IMG/VR virus record: IMGVR_UViG_3300028103_000018
Location: 1 to 61,387 of that record
Reading direction: 5' to 3' (one strand)
DNA from: a virus
Taxonomy: Duplodnaviria > Caudoviricetes
DNA: 61,387 nucleotides
Shown here: positions 9,101 through 17,886 of the stretch, piece after piece
How positions within the stretch are numbered: the stretch's first letter is position 1
Layout: each line of letters opens with the position of its first letter
Translations under genes and position numbers: made by a program
The notes under the pieces: generated by a model
Databases searched by the model: none
What the model saw: only the letters and a program-made list of their open reading frames with translations
What the model was told of the DNA's origin: nothing

Positions 9101-11929
9101 ATCAACCAACTCGAACTCAGAGGTAAAGCCACGCTTGCCGATGTCGCCAGACTTGATCGCAGCCAAAACATCCTCGGCGCTCTTGTATCCAAGGGCAGCA
9201 GTGTTGCGCCCAAAGTCCATGAAGTACCGGACTTTGTTGATCAGCGAAAGAGAGGACGGATCGAGGCGCTTGGGGTCGATGTCGTTCAACTCCTTCGCCT
9301 TCATTGCGACAGCTTCTTCGTCCAGGGCTTCCTTGATCTTCTGATCGTTCATGCCCTGAGACTTGTAAAGCTGCGTGTACTTCTCGCGCTGTTCGTCGTT
9401 CAGTGTGTCTGCATTGAACTTAGTAGTAAGCAGCGCCCATTCAGGATCACTGATCAACCCGGCCTCACGCATGCCGTGAACGATCTCGTGGTCCATCGAC
9501 CCGATCATTTCCTTGACCGAACGAACCTTGCCCTCCGGTGCCACAGAGAGCCTGATCACCCGGTTGAAATACTGGCCGAGGTTGGGAGTGTCTTCGATCT
9601 TCTCAGAGAGGCCAATCGTGAAGAGGTCGCTCAGGTTCCGGCGCTTGAGTGCGTCCCTGATCTCAGGAGCGATTACGCGCTCAGTCTCTTCAAGATTGAA
9701 CGCACGCTGCTGCTGCTCGATGTTCGGGTTGCTGCTGATCGGAAGCTCAAACCTGGGGCCAGGAGCGCCTTCGTTGAGATACTGTTTGCCTTCAATCTCA
9801 ACCACATCACCACGCTCAATCATGTGCTTGAACATCTCTTTCGATGTGGCACGAGTTGGCTTAATGGTGCTTGTGGGGTCTTCAGCGGCAGTCTTTGTGG
9901 CGGCGTAGACGGTATCAGGGCCGACGGGTATCAGCCCACTCTCATCCCTTACGGTAGCGCCGAGTTCCTTCTTTACAGATCTATAATCATCCCTGTTGTA
10001 GAGGGTTTCGCGCGTCTTGAAGTCTTCTTCTTCCGCGATCTCCTCGGGGGTAACGGTCTTCCCTTGGCCGCTCTCGATTAGGGAATTAACTCGTCCCTTG
10101 TTTATATCGGAGAGGTTCTTGTACTGAGTACCGAATCGGGTGTATGCGACTCTGTTCTGAAGTTTGTAGACCGGATCTCCAAACTCAGGCAACCCAACAG
10201 CAGCGGCTTCGACGTTTGCCTGAGTCCTCTCTTGCGCCTTCTTCGCTAGTTCCTGGTTCTGGGATTCGATCTCAGATCTGCGAACATCAATCAGATCGCC
10301 AAGGGCAATAAGCTCAGAGTCCTTCAACTTCCCAAGCGGCTTCTTGAATTCAGACCGCGCCAGATCGGATGCAATGCCGAAGTTCTCATCGACCTTGATC
10401 TTGGCAGAAAGCCTTTGGCGAATGAAGTTGTCGAATCCCTCTTGGGCATATGCGTTCTTGAGGGATGCCTCTTCAGCCGCCTGCTCTTTTGAGATTTCCT
10501 TCGACCGACTCTTATCCACAAAAGACCGAGTCTCTTCCGGGGTCATGTCATCGAAGATCTTGGTTTGCTCTGGAGTCATATCCTGGACATAATTGTTCAG
10601 GATGTTTCGCTGTAACGGAGACCACTCTTCAACAGGCTTCACCGCTGGATCAGGAAGGAACCCAGGATAGTCTGGCAAGGAGTTGATTCGCTCCTCTCTG
10701 TCCGCAAGCCGTTCCTGGCTCCGAGATTCACGGTACTCTTTCCTAATCTGGCCCTGGCGCTCAAGCTCCAACTGTCTGGCGGCTTCCTCTTGGGCGATTC
10801 TGTTGGCTTCCGCTTCTTGGTCGGCTTGGGTGAGCGCCGCTTCAGTAGCGGCCCGCCGCTCTGCCAGTTGATCTTCGCCTTCAACAACGGAGATCTCCCC
10901 ATTGCGAATCTGGACAGCAGTTCTCTTGCCCCGCTCAAGCTCGGGAGAAGCACTGGATGGGCGATTTGCGAGAAGATTTCCGCCAAAAATATTCTTGCGG
11001 ATATAGTGATCCCGGTACAACTGCGCACCGCCCTGAAGGGCAGAACCAGCAATACCTCCAAGCAGCGCAGCCTCGCCAATGCCTTCAAGCGCAGCCTGCT
11101 GCTCGTTGTACTGCTTCTCGATCACATTCTGGAGAACCTGCTGCGCCGCTTCGGTGCCAGCTTCACCCACACCAGTAATGCCAGCCTCGAGCAGTCGCTT
11201 GCCTAGCGTTGTGTCAGCGGCACGGCCAAAAGCCTCAGCCTCAACAGAAGAAGGGATAGCGCCGAGGATTCTCCTCATCGGAGCAAAGCGGCCAAGCGCC
11301 TCGCCAAACGGAACAGCTTCCAGCGCAGCGGTGCCAGCGCCAGCCCCAAGAGCATAGAGTTGACGAAGCGCCGGGTCGATGACTTCACCCTGCGCTTCCT
11401 GCTCCCGCATGCGCTCAACCTGCTCTCCGGCACCCTGGACGCCAGACATGGCGGCAGTCAGGTACGGAGCGGCCTTCACCAACTTGCCAGCGCCACCAAG
11501 AACTTTGGCAGCTACGCCAGGAGTAAAGAAGGAAGCGATACCGCCGATAGTCTGGCCGATCTGAGCGCCTCTGGAAGCAGCCGCCTCTTCGCCTACAGCC
11601 TGCTTCAGCTTCTCCTGAATGTACTCGTTAACAGCAGCGCCAGCTTCTTCTACAGGCTTGATCCCAGTCAAACCACCGATACCTTCAAGCGTGCTGCCTA
11701 CTAAGCCAGACGCAAGGCCAGCAGGAAGACCAGCGATACCAGCAGCAACCTGCATAGGCAGAGACACTTCTGGCTTCTTCTCGGGTTCTTCCGGCGCAAC
11801 AGGTCGCCCCAGAGACGGCATCGACTTCCTCGCCTCTTTGGTAGCGTATTCAGCGAGTTCTCTCCCTGTGAGTTCGGCTGGAACTTCCATGTAGCCGAAC
11901 CCTCGTAGATAGATTGTTTTGGTAGCCAT
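6080..11929 (-). CDS. Large internal virion/ejection polyvalent protein (zincin-like HExxH plus C-terminal LPD38-like domain)
   Basis: 1949 aa; DHEIVH; C-terminal PFFNARIQG...ERDSN...IPQELG...NPIPQ...EAMAN.DFYT.RPI; N-terminal hydrophobic Gly/Ala region. Confidence 0.75.
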   Translation of the reverse strand: MATKTIYLRGFGYMEVPAELTGRELAEYATKEARKSMPSLGRPVAPEEPEKKPEVSLPMQVAAGIAGLPAGLASGLVGSTLEGIGGLTGIKPVEEAGAAVNEYIQEKLKQAVGEEAAASRGAQIGQTIGGIASFFTPGVAAKVLGGAGKLVKAAPYLTAAMSGVQGAGEQVERMREQEAQGEVIDPALRQLYALGAGAGTAALEAVPFGEALGRFAPMRRILGAIPSSVEAEAFGRAADTTLGKRLLEAGITGVGEAGTEAAQQVLQNVIEKQYNEQQAALEGIGEAALLGGIAGSALQGGAQLYRDHYIRKNIFGGNLLANRPSSASPELERGKRTAVQIRNGEISVVEGEDQLAERRAATEAALTQADQEAEANRIAQEEAARQLELERQGQIRKEYRESRSQERLADREERINSLPDYPGFLPDPAVKPVEEWSPLQRNILNNYVQDMTPEQTKIFDDMTPEETRSFVDKSRSKEISKEQAAEEASLKNAYAQEGFDNFIRQRLSAKIKVDENFGIASDLARSEFKKPLGKLKDSELIALGDLIDVRRSEIESQNQELAKKAQERTQANVEAAAVGLPEFGDPVYKLQNRVAYTRFGTQYKNLSDINKGRVNSLIESGQGKTVTPEEIAEEEDFKTRETLYNRDDYRSVKKELGATVRDESGLIPVGPDTVYAATKTAAEDPTSTIKPTRATSKEMFKHMIERGDVVEIEGKQYLNEGAPGPRFELPISSNPNIEQQQRAFNLEETERVIAPEIRDALKRRNLSDLFTIGLSEKIEDTPNLGQYFNRVIRLSVAPEGKVRSVKEMIGSMDHEIVHGMREAGLISDPEWALLTTKFNADTLNDEQREKYTQLYKSQGMNDQKIKEALDEEAVAMKAKELNDIDPKRLDPSSLSLINKVRYFMDFGRNTAALGYKSAEDVLAAIKSGDIGKRGFTSEFELVDGKVKRVGMKEVSPRVGGQQDVEVETKVYGEEEEAADEKYQKALSGLASKFDRKTPIKNPQQYLIQDLDIAPEDVDGIIKRMMSSGDIVRVGKSRYISDKARKSIETGATAPAVAGPVTQATAKSVEKTATPGKAELAPSQSQAVKNDPLANPQGSGAVTPFFVKKQPKGIIDKIKDTFKDNLSRQKMVDRYDPVRLMAIEAYSKTGDKRFLSAAEGSYHSLLFMDKAQDMALTGLETGGFKLEGSILLAADNPEIAPLKIFQRLKEKGKLDAFFNFAYAKRYRDLKAANKDPGGTISEQDVNREYDRWVNDKDIDAEIKNFKQYNDNLVDILRKSGFISVGEAKAWKSSFYIPFYRIPTIKTQDGTVDTGEVDAPKMNSQVTNLSNPKGLTGRDLSVNDAIENIVANTYYMVGTAAKNFSARKVARDGVLTGYMKPIDKPGDAAQGANVITIRENGVKKHYEVRDESLYNAVAESGFPVQDVLKGMALATEALRRGTTLSPTFIIRNTIRDTLQAWTLGRFGNNLTPPAKEMFKGIEMAYKNSPEFRALKSAGISSSGLRKKSLSEVARAIRQEIGEEQKSALSKLYDTLERAAEISESSTRTKVYQDVLAKTGDRAEALFAAMETINFSRKGSSRGLQIAMSLIPFFNARIQGLDVFYRTMRGEKMMPNQASSEMKKAAVTRFLYFMGLSSIYALLMSDHPAWVNATDEERDSNLFLPIDFVPGVREGTAIKFPIPQELGIVSKMLPERMVTMVLGRSDGAELVDAMKRAVLDTLSFNPIPQVALPAVEAMANFDFYTQRPIENQYLASLLPEDRYTEYTTGVAKLAGKAAAETPLPVSPVMVDHLIRGYFGTNGAYIADVVGRVLDMGSGAPTPERLRFSEPYLLPILGPLFKSPDGKKAVEDLYMIDEAAKMAVTTLKAYSESGRDLSEAKEEELYTLAEVGEQVKPIVEEIRELNRAKRMIQSDPDLSPSEKRDELNDLQQQIISLAKEAQEFKKEIPLRLR

Positions 11930-11965
11930 GCGCCTTCCTAAGAGCTATGGTACAGGAAGACGACC

Positions 11966-13300
11966 TCAGTCTTGCCCGACGAGAGGATCGATGGCTTCAA
12001 TGCCAGCCAGATTAGCTATCGCATCCTGAAGATTACTCAATTGAATCGTTGTGGAGCTGATCTGCTCCCTGAGTTTAGCCCTGTCGGCCTCGCCCCTTCT
12101 TCCAGGGGGAAGGCTCTTCATCTGATCGTTGAGGATATTGAGCTTGCCCCTCAGGGAAGCATCTTGAGACTTGAGCGCATTCAACTTGATAACTCTGGGG
12201 TCGGAACTGCCGAGGCCCCTAGCGCCAGCAGAAATCCTGGCAATATCCTTCTGCCCGGCCAGTTGAGCGCCGATCTCACTCATCCTATTTTGATGCTGCA
12301 AGGCGTTGTTAATTTGGTTCTGAATGGCGCTGATCTGGGCGAGTTTAATCTGCAATTCTCTCTGCCGCGACTCTCGCGTTTCGCTTTGCAGATCTTCATT
12401 CATACTCCTCTTGTTTGCCTCAAGGGTTTGAAGCATGGTGAGCAGCTTGCCGCTATCCATCTGCGCCAGATTCATAGCCAACCCAGCCCTTTGCTGCTGC
12501 TCCTCGCGCTTCATCTTGTCGAGAGCAACCTGGGCAAGCATCGCCGTCTGGATGTCCTTCTTCTTCTGCTCTTCGGCTTGGCGATACGACTGAGCGCCAG
12601 CACCAAGTCCCTGCGCCAGAACGCTTGCAAGCCCAACTCTAGGGTCTCGATTGGAGGCCATCGCAGCGCCAGCAGCAATCAAGGCGTCGCCCAGTCGAAC
12701 CTTCCTGGACTTGGCCTCCTCCATCTGGCCCCTGAGGAAGTTCTCGTAAGCAGAGTAGTCGCCTTTCCCATAGAGAGACTCAGCCTGACTCATCAGTTCA
12801 AGAGGACTCTTGCCCTTGTACTGGCGCTCAATGTCAGCCTGAGAGAGAACCAGATCCGGTCTTGCGGTAGATTGAGGGGCCGGGGCAGATAACATCGACG
12901 CATAGATGTCCGACTGCTTCTTCATCAGGTCAGCCACGAACGGGTCAATAGCAGGCTGCGTCGGAGCGGTAACCCTCCCCTTGTCAGCATACCGAGCAAC
13001 ATGACCTCCACCTGCCATACCTACGGCACCCTGCGGCATCGCCTGCATAATGCCCTGGCCCTGCGGTTGAGGCTGCTGTGGCTGCTGAGGCTGACCCTGC
13101 GCCAGATTCTGCGCCACCTGCTGGATTACAGGCGGCTGCTGCTGTTGCTGCGCCTTGGCAAAGCTGGCCCTCAGTTGTTCCCGGCGCTTCATCTCGGCAA
13201 GCACCAGATAAGGAGGGATCGCAACGGGATTCTGCCCAGCCGCCATAAGCTGCTGGTCCGAAAGGTTCTTGAGATCGTCTGCTGCCTTAACGAGATTCAT
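11966..13300 (-). CDS. Putative ejection/internal virion protein
   Basis: 444 aa, helical, Gln-rich; position among podoviral core genes. Confidence 0.65.
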   Translation of the reverse strand: MNLVKAADDLKNLSDQQLMAAGQNPVAIPPYLVLAEMKRREQLRASFAKAQQQQQPPVIQQVAQNLAQGQPQQPQQPQPQGQGIMQAMPQGAVGMAGGGHVARYADKGRVTAPTQPAIDPFVADLMKKQSDIYASMLSAPAPQSTARPDLVLSQADIERQYKGKSPLELMSQAESLYGKGDYSAYENFLRGQMEEAKSRKVRLGDALIAAGAAMASNRDPRVGLASVLAQGLGAGAQSYRQAEEQKKKDIQTAMLAQVALDKMKREEQQQRAGLAMNLAQMDSGKLLTMLQTLEANKRSMNEDLQSETRESRQRELQIKLAQISAIQNQINNALQHQNRMSEIGAQLAGQKDIARISAGARGLGSSDPRVIKLNALKSQDASLRGKLNILNDQMKSLPPGRRGEADRAKLREQISSTTIQLSNLQDAIANLAGIEAIDPLVGQD

Positions 13301-13313
13301 GCTTCACCTAGTG

Positions 13314-16300
13314 TTATTTGTTCAACTGATTCATCAGTAGACCAGCGCCGGAAGTGAGGAGGCCGCTCAGGCCACCGCCAGCGGGACGGGCAAACTGGAC
13401 ACCCTCAACCTGCATGCCAGTCGGCACCCCGCCAAGGATCCCAGACAGGAAGTTCATCTGCTGATACGGGAAGTTCTGCTGATTGATGAAGTCTTGGTAC
13501 TGGAGATCCATAGCCTGACGGGTAAGGGCGTCGATGTACCCACCTCCCTGCTGCATAGCGGCAAGACGCTGAAGCTCAAGCTGCTGTGCCATGCCAGGGA
13601 TGCCCATCAGTGTGCCGCCCATACCAGCCAGACCTTGAGCGCCAGCCTGCGCCTGCTGTAGCGCCGCAAGTTTGTTGCCGAAGGCTTGCTGCCTAGCCTG
13701 CTGTCTTTCCGCCGAAGCCTGCTTGATCGCATCAAGCTGCATCTGGCTGATGCCAAGACCTGCGGCCTGATTAGCCTTCGCGGCTTCCAGCCCAGCCTGG
13801 GTGCCGAGTTGCTGAGTCCCGATAGCAGCGCCAAGATTCGCCTGACCAGCCGTGAGTCCAGCCTGCTGATTGGCCAACTGAGCCTCCAGGTTCGCCCGAA
13901 GGTTTGCCTGCTGGGAGGCGAGAGAAGCAGCCCGGTCGCGTTCAAACTGAGCCTGAGCAGACTCGAATGCACGCTGAGTACCTGCCGCCTCAATATCACC
14001 CAACTGGCGCTGAAGAGCTTCCTCGGCCATGCCTTCCTGAATAGCCTGCCTGGAGCCACCGAAAGCACCCGAGCGCACAGCGGCAGCACTTCGGCCAGCT
14101 TTCTGCATAGCGGCCTGACGTTGGGCCTCTCGCTTCTGGGTTTCAGTGACAGCCCGTTGGTACGGAGACATGTACTGTTCAGCCTGGGGAGTGCCGAACT
14201 CACCGACCTGGGTCCTGCCAGCGGTTACGCCAGTAGGCATCTGCATCTGAGGAGCAGAAAGATTGGAGACAGAGATAGGAGATCCGATCCCCATCTTCGA
14301 GATGTCCCCCATCTTCTCCATCAAATAGCTCTCTTGCTCCTTGGGGGCCGCGCCCATCCCAGTAAGGCCAAGCTGATCGAGGAGGTTTAGGCCAGCGCCA
14401 GCGGAAGTCCCGGCAATATCCGCAGCCCAATTCACATTCGACACGCCCTTGCCGAAGTCAGTGCCAGGAAGAATGCCAGTGTACTCCTGCTTGTCGGCAC
14501 CGATCATTTTCCCGTAGACACTGGGAAGATCGCCAAGGTTGCCAAGAGCGCCGCGAGTAAGGTTGCTGACGGTGTACCCAACTCCAGGGGTGTATTGACC
14601 GAAATCTCCACCCATCGTCAGGTTTCGCTGACCACCGTACACAGGAGGCGCATTGAATATCGAAGTGCCAACCTGAGCGTTCGGATTCACCATGTTCCAG
14701 AACCCAGCAGCCCCACCGGGACCGCCAAAGCCTCCGCTCGTCGGGGTCTGGGCCACGCCAAATCCACCTAGATTCTGGGGAGGGGGAGTCGCTTGGGCCA
14801 TGCCGAACCCACCGCCATCATTCTTCCTGATAGCGCCACCCTTGCGGTAGTTCCTTACCTTGCCGTCATCACCGATGTCGAACCGAGCGAGAGTGCCGCC
14901 GCCAGCGTATCCCTCGGTGTTCTTGCGAACCCACTCATCTTCTTCCTGAGCATTGCGGGCGGTAGTGGCGATTGGATAAGAAAGAGATTGAAGTGCGTAC
15001 TTCTCATCCTCACTGGCCCCACCTCTCTTGTCCGCCTGCGCCATGTAAGCAGGAGATAGACCGCGAACACCAGATACATCAGCCCCGCGTCCAGCGATAG
15101 GTTCGCCAATATCTCCGCTGAAATCAGCTGGAGGATTTTTGGTTCTGTCAAATCCAGAGTCGCCAGCGCCGCCCCTTCGATCAACGGGTGCCGCAACCGA
15201 CGACTGACCCGATGAAGCAGCAGGTCTCCCGATCGGAGATGTCGCAGCGCCGGAGGTATAGGCCTGGGTGTTCTGCTGGATAAGCCTGTCGATCTGAGAA
15301 GTATCCCCACCCCCAGCAGCAATCTCAGCACGAAGCCCAGCAAGAGACTGCGTCATCTCGCTAGGAGTCCTGGCGCGAGATACGCCATCAACAGTGATAT
15401 TCCCCAGAGCCTGCTGCACAAGGCCAGCATTCAACTGAGCGCCATCTCCAAAGTCCAGAATGTTTTGCGGGGGAGGTGCAACTGGACCGACTGGATTCGT
15501 CCTGGAAACTCCAGCACCAAGCAGCGAGGCGAGACCAGCAGCCTGCTGATCAGTAGCGTACTGAGCCGGGTTGTACCCACCAGCGCCCTGGGATTCAGCG
15601 GTAGTCCCGGCAGCGCCAGAAGCAAACTGAGGCAGAACAGCAGCAGAAGAGGAGGTCCCGACAGGGGGAGCGCCGATCACACCTTGAGGCCGAGACGGAG
15701 TGGATGCACCAGGAGTAATCCCAGTAGATCCGGTAGCCCTCGTTGCGCCACGGGATCCAGTGCCAACATTGCTTCCGGCACCAGTCGCAGCAACAGGCCC
15801 ACGGGTCGAGGTGCTAGATCCAGAGTCAGATACGCCGCTAGAGATGTTGGGCTGAGGTTGGTAGGTACTCACGTTGGTGCCAGAGATACCGGGAACGCTC
15901 CAGGTAGAAGCATCTCCACCACCGCCAAGCTCACCAAACGGACCCCTGATAACGGGATTCCTGACAGCGCCAGAGAGAATAGACTTGAGCAGATCATCCT
16001 GGGGCGCTCCAGAATCTTCAACAACTTCACCCTTCAAGGTCTCCGGTGCCTGCGCCCGAATAGCGGCATACTTGTCGATCAACTCGCCAAGGTCACCACC
16101 TCCAGCCATCGCCACAACGGGCTTGTACTTCTCAGGAATGTAGGTGCGGGTCTTCGGATCCCAAACCATGCCCAGGATCTTCGGCATCTGGCCGGAGGCC
16201 ATAGCCAAGGCCTTGGCGATTCCGCTATCCATCTCTTGAGTATCGGTGCGAGTGTCGCCACCGCCAGCAGGAGCGCCACCGCCAGCGCCAGAGGCAGGAG

Positions 16301-16484
16301 GAGGAGCCTGGGGAGGCTGACCCTGCGCCCCACCCGTATACCAAGTGGCACCACGGAAGTTGTTCTCCAGAAACGGCTTGCTGAAGACACTCTGGAAAGC
16401 GGCATTGAGAAGCGCCGAGCGATAGTCCCGGAGATACTCGGGGATATCCTGAACCTGAACTTGAGTCTGAAGCGGATCTGCCAT
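13314..16484 (-). CDS. Putative DNA pilot/ejection protein
   Basis: 1056 aa; QYMSPYQ, AVRSGAFGGSRQAI, Q/A-rich repeats, QDFINQQNFPYQQMNFL. Confidence 0.7.
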   Translation of the reverse strand: MADPLQTQVQVQDIPEYLRDYRSALLNAAFQSVFSKPFLENNFRGATWYTGGAQGQPPQAPPPASGAGGGAPAGGGDTRTDTQEMDSGIAKALAMASGQMPKILGMVWDPKTRTYIPEKYKPVVAMAGGGDLGELIDKYAAIRAQAPETLKGEVVEDSGAPQDDLLKSILSGAVRNPVIRGPFGELGGGGDASTWSVPGISGTNVSTYQPQPNISSGVSDSGSSTSTRGPVAATGAGSNVGTGSRGATRATGSTGITPGASTPSRPQGVIGAPPVGTSSSAAVLPQFASGAAGTTAESQGAGGYNPAQYATDQQAAGLASLLGAGVSRTNPVGPVAPPPQNILDFGDGAQLNAGLVQQALGNITVDGVSRARTPSEMTQSLAGLRAEIAAGGGDTSQIDRLIQQNTQAYTSGAATSPIGRPAASSGQSSVAAPVDRRGGAGDSGFDRTKNPPADFSGDIGEPIAGRGADVSGVRGLSPAYMAQADKRGGASEDEKYALQSLSYPIATTARNAQEEDEWVRKNTEGYAGGGTLARFDIGDDGKVRNYRKGGAIRKNDGGGFGMAQATPPPQNLGGFGVAQTPTSGGFGGPGGAAGFWNMVNPNAQVGTSIFNAPPVYGGQRNLTMGGDFGQYTPGVGYTVSNLTRGALGNLGDLPSVYGKMIGADKQEYTGILPGTDFGKGVSNVNWAADIAGTSAGAGLNLLDQLGLTGMGAAPKEQESYLMEKMGDISKMGIGSPISVSNLSAPQMQMPTGVTAGRTQVGEFGTPQAEQYMSPYQRAVTETQKREAQRQAAMQKAGRSAAAVRSGAFGGSRQAIQEGMAEEALQRQLGDIEAAGTQRAFESAQAQFERDRAASLASQQANLRANLEAQLANQQAGLTAGQANLGAAIGTQQLGTQAGLEAAKANQAAGLGISQMQLDAIKQASAERQQARQQAFGNKLAALQQAQAGAQGLAGMGGTLMGIPGMAQQLELQRLAAMQQGGGYIDALTRQAMDLQYQDFINQQNFPYQQMNFLSGILGGVPTGMQVEGVQFARPAGGGLSGLLTSGAGLLMNQLNK

Positions 16485-16492
16485 CTCTACTC

Positions 16493-17590
16493 CTACGCAG
16501 GGAGAACCCTGCCATCCTTGATCTTTCCAGGCTGCTTGGTCGTGCCTGTTCTGTCTTTACGAACACGATCCATCATCGCGTACAACTTCCTGGCACCAGC
16601 TTCACTGCTACCATCCCCAAGCCCTGACACAACATCAGCAGGTATGATAAACTCGTCATTCGACAGGAGGACTTTCTGACCACCATGCGCCATACGGGCC
16701 GTAGCCATGTCATCCATGCCATTGCCTGGGCCTTTTACCATGCCCTCAGGTGGGTTGTATTCCTCGTCATCCTGCTCTTCGCCTTCCTGCTCCTCTTCGC
16801 CGGACATGCGCTTGTACAGATCCTGAAGCGCCTCCTTCCCGTAGTAAGCGAGGTAGGTGTTAAGAGCAGATTCAGGATCGTCACCCTCGCCGCGAATCGC
16901 ATCCATCGCGTCACGGATAATCTGCTGCGCTTTCTGCTCTTCTGGCTCTAGCTTGCCGCCTTCGGCAACCCGCTGAACATCGTATACCTGTTCGATGCCG
17001 ACAGGGAATCGGCGCTGGGTCATGCTCCCCAAGTCCACGACTCCCATAGGCAGGGCAGCGGAAATCTCGGTAGAGCGAGGCTGCGCCTGTTGATCCTGCC
17101 GTGCGACTGGCGCATAGAAATCAGTCATGAAACGCTGGCGCTTGAGTTCAGGAGCAGAGGTCATTTCCTTCCACTTCTGAGCATCGCTGAGTTGCTGCTG
17201 GTTTTGCTTCTTGGAGTCTGGCGTAGCGGCACCGACAGCTTGAGATGCAGCGGTAGTAGCCAGAATCTTCGGGATGATGCCCTTACCAACGGTGCCGAGG
17301 GTCTGAAAAATTCCACCCAAAGCAGACCCACCGCCAAGCCAAGCCGGGAGCATACCGGCAGCAGCGCCACCCGTAAGAGCAGCAGCAGCGCCGATACCAA
17401 TTGCACCCAGCAACTTCTTCCACGAGAAGGCCTCAGGCAGTCCCGTCTCCGGGTTGATCGTCAGATCCTCTCCCAAGAGAGCGGCGATACCGGCCAACTC
17501 CTCAGGCTGAACATGCAGCAGGGTGGAGTCGCCCTTCCTGCCTTTCGAGGCAACCTGCTCTGCAAGAGCGCCGATACCTTTATTCTTCAT
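16493..17590 (-). CDS. Conserved internal virion protein
   Basis: GR.GD..L.H...E, TINPETGLPE and GPG.GMDD...LS.DEFIIPADVVSGLG.GSS.AGA motifs. Confidence 0.7.
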   Translation of the reverse strand: MKNKGIGALAEQVASKGRKGDSTLLHVQPEELAGIAALLGEDLTINPETGLPEAFSWKKLLGAIGIGAAAALTGGAAAGMLPAWLGGGSALGGIFQTLGTVGKGIIPKILATTAASQAVGAATPDSKKQNQQQLSDAQKWKEMTSAPELKRQRFMTDFYAPVARQDQQAQPRSTEISAALPMGVVDLGSMTQRRFPVGIEQVYDVQRVAEGGKLEPEEQKAQQIIRDAMDAIRGEGDDPESALNTYLAYYGKEALQDLYKRMSGEEEQEGEEQDDEEYNPPEGMVKGPGNGMDDMATARMAHGGQKVLLSNDEFIIPADVVSGLGDGSSEAGARKLYAMMDRVRKDRTGTTKQPGKIKDGRVLPA

Positions 17591-17886
17591 GTGATTGATA
17601 CCGTAACCGTTCCCAGTTTGACACGGAACTGATTGGTTGGCGCGTATGCTTCTCCTGCTCTAACCATTTTCAGAAAGCCGTTCGCGTCAACATACACATC
17701 GCCATTTCTCAGCCCATAGCCTGATTCACTTGGGTTGATCACAGACATCGAGGCACACACCAGATCACCTGGATTCGCATCGTCAGACATGAACAGGTTA
17801 AGCGCCCTAACAACAAGATCCAGGTAGTCTTTCTTGTATTCAGATGGCGCTGTAGGGATGAGTTGCTTGGGTGTCTTCTTGTTCAC
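17587..17886 (-). CDS. Small tail-associated structural protein
   Basis: Coupled to the tail gene; LIPTAPSEY..DY pattern. Confidence 0.65.
   Translation of the reverse strand: MNKKTPKQLIPTAPSEYKKDYLDLVVRALNLFMSDDANPGDLVCASMSVINPSESGYGLRNGDVYVDANGFLKMVRAGEAYAPTNQFRVKLGTVTVSIT

Noticed and set aside
15465-16679. 404-aa plus-strand Arg/Ser-rich ORF
   Set aside because: Antisense to the Gly/Ala-rich ejection protein; compositional artefact.
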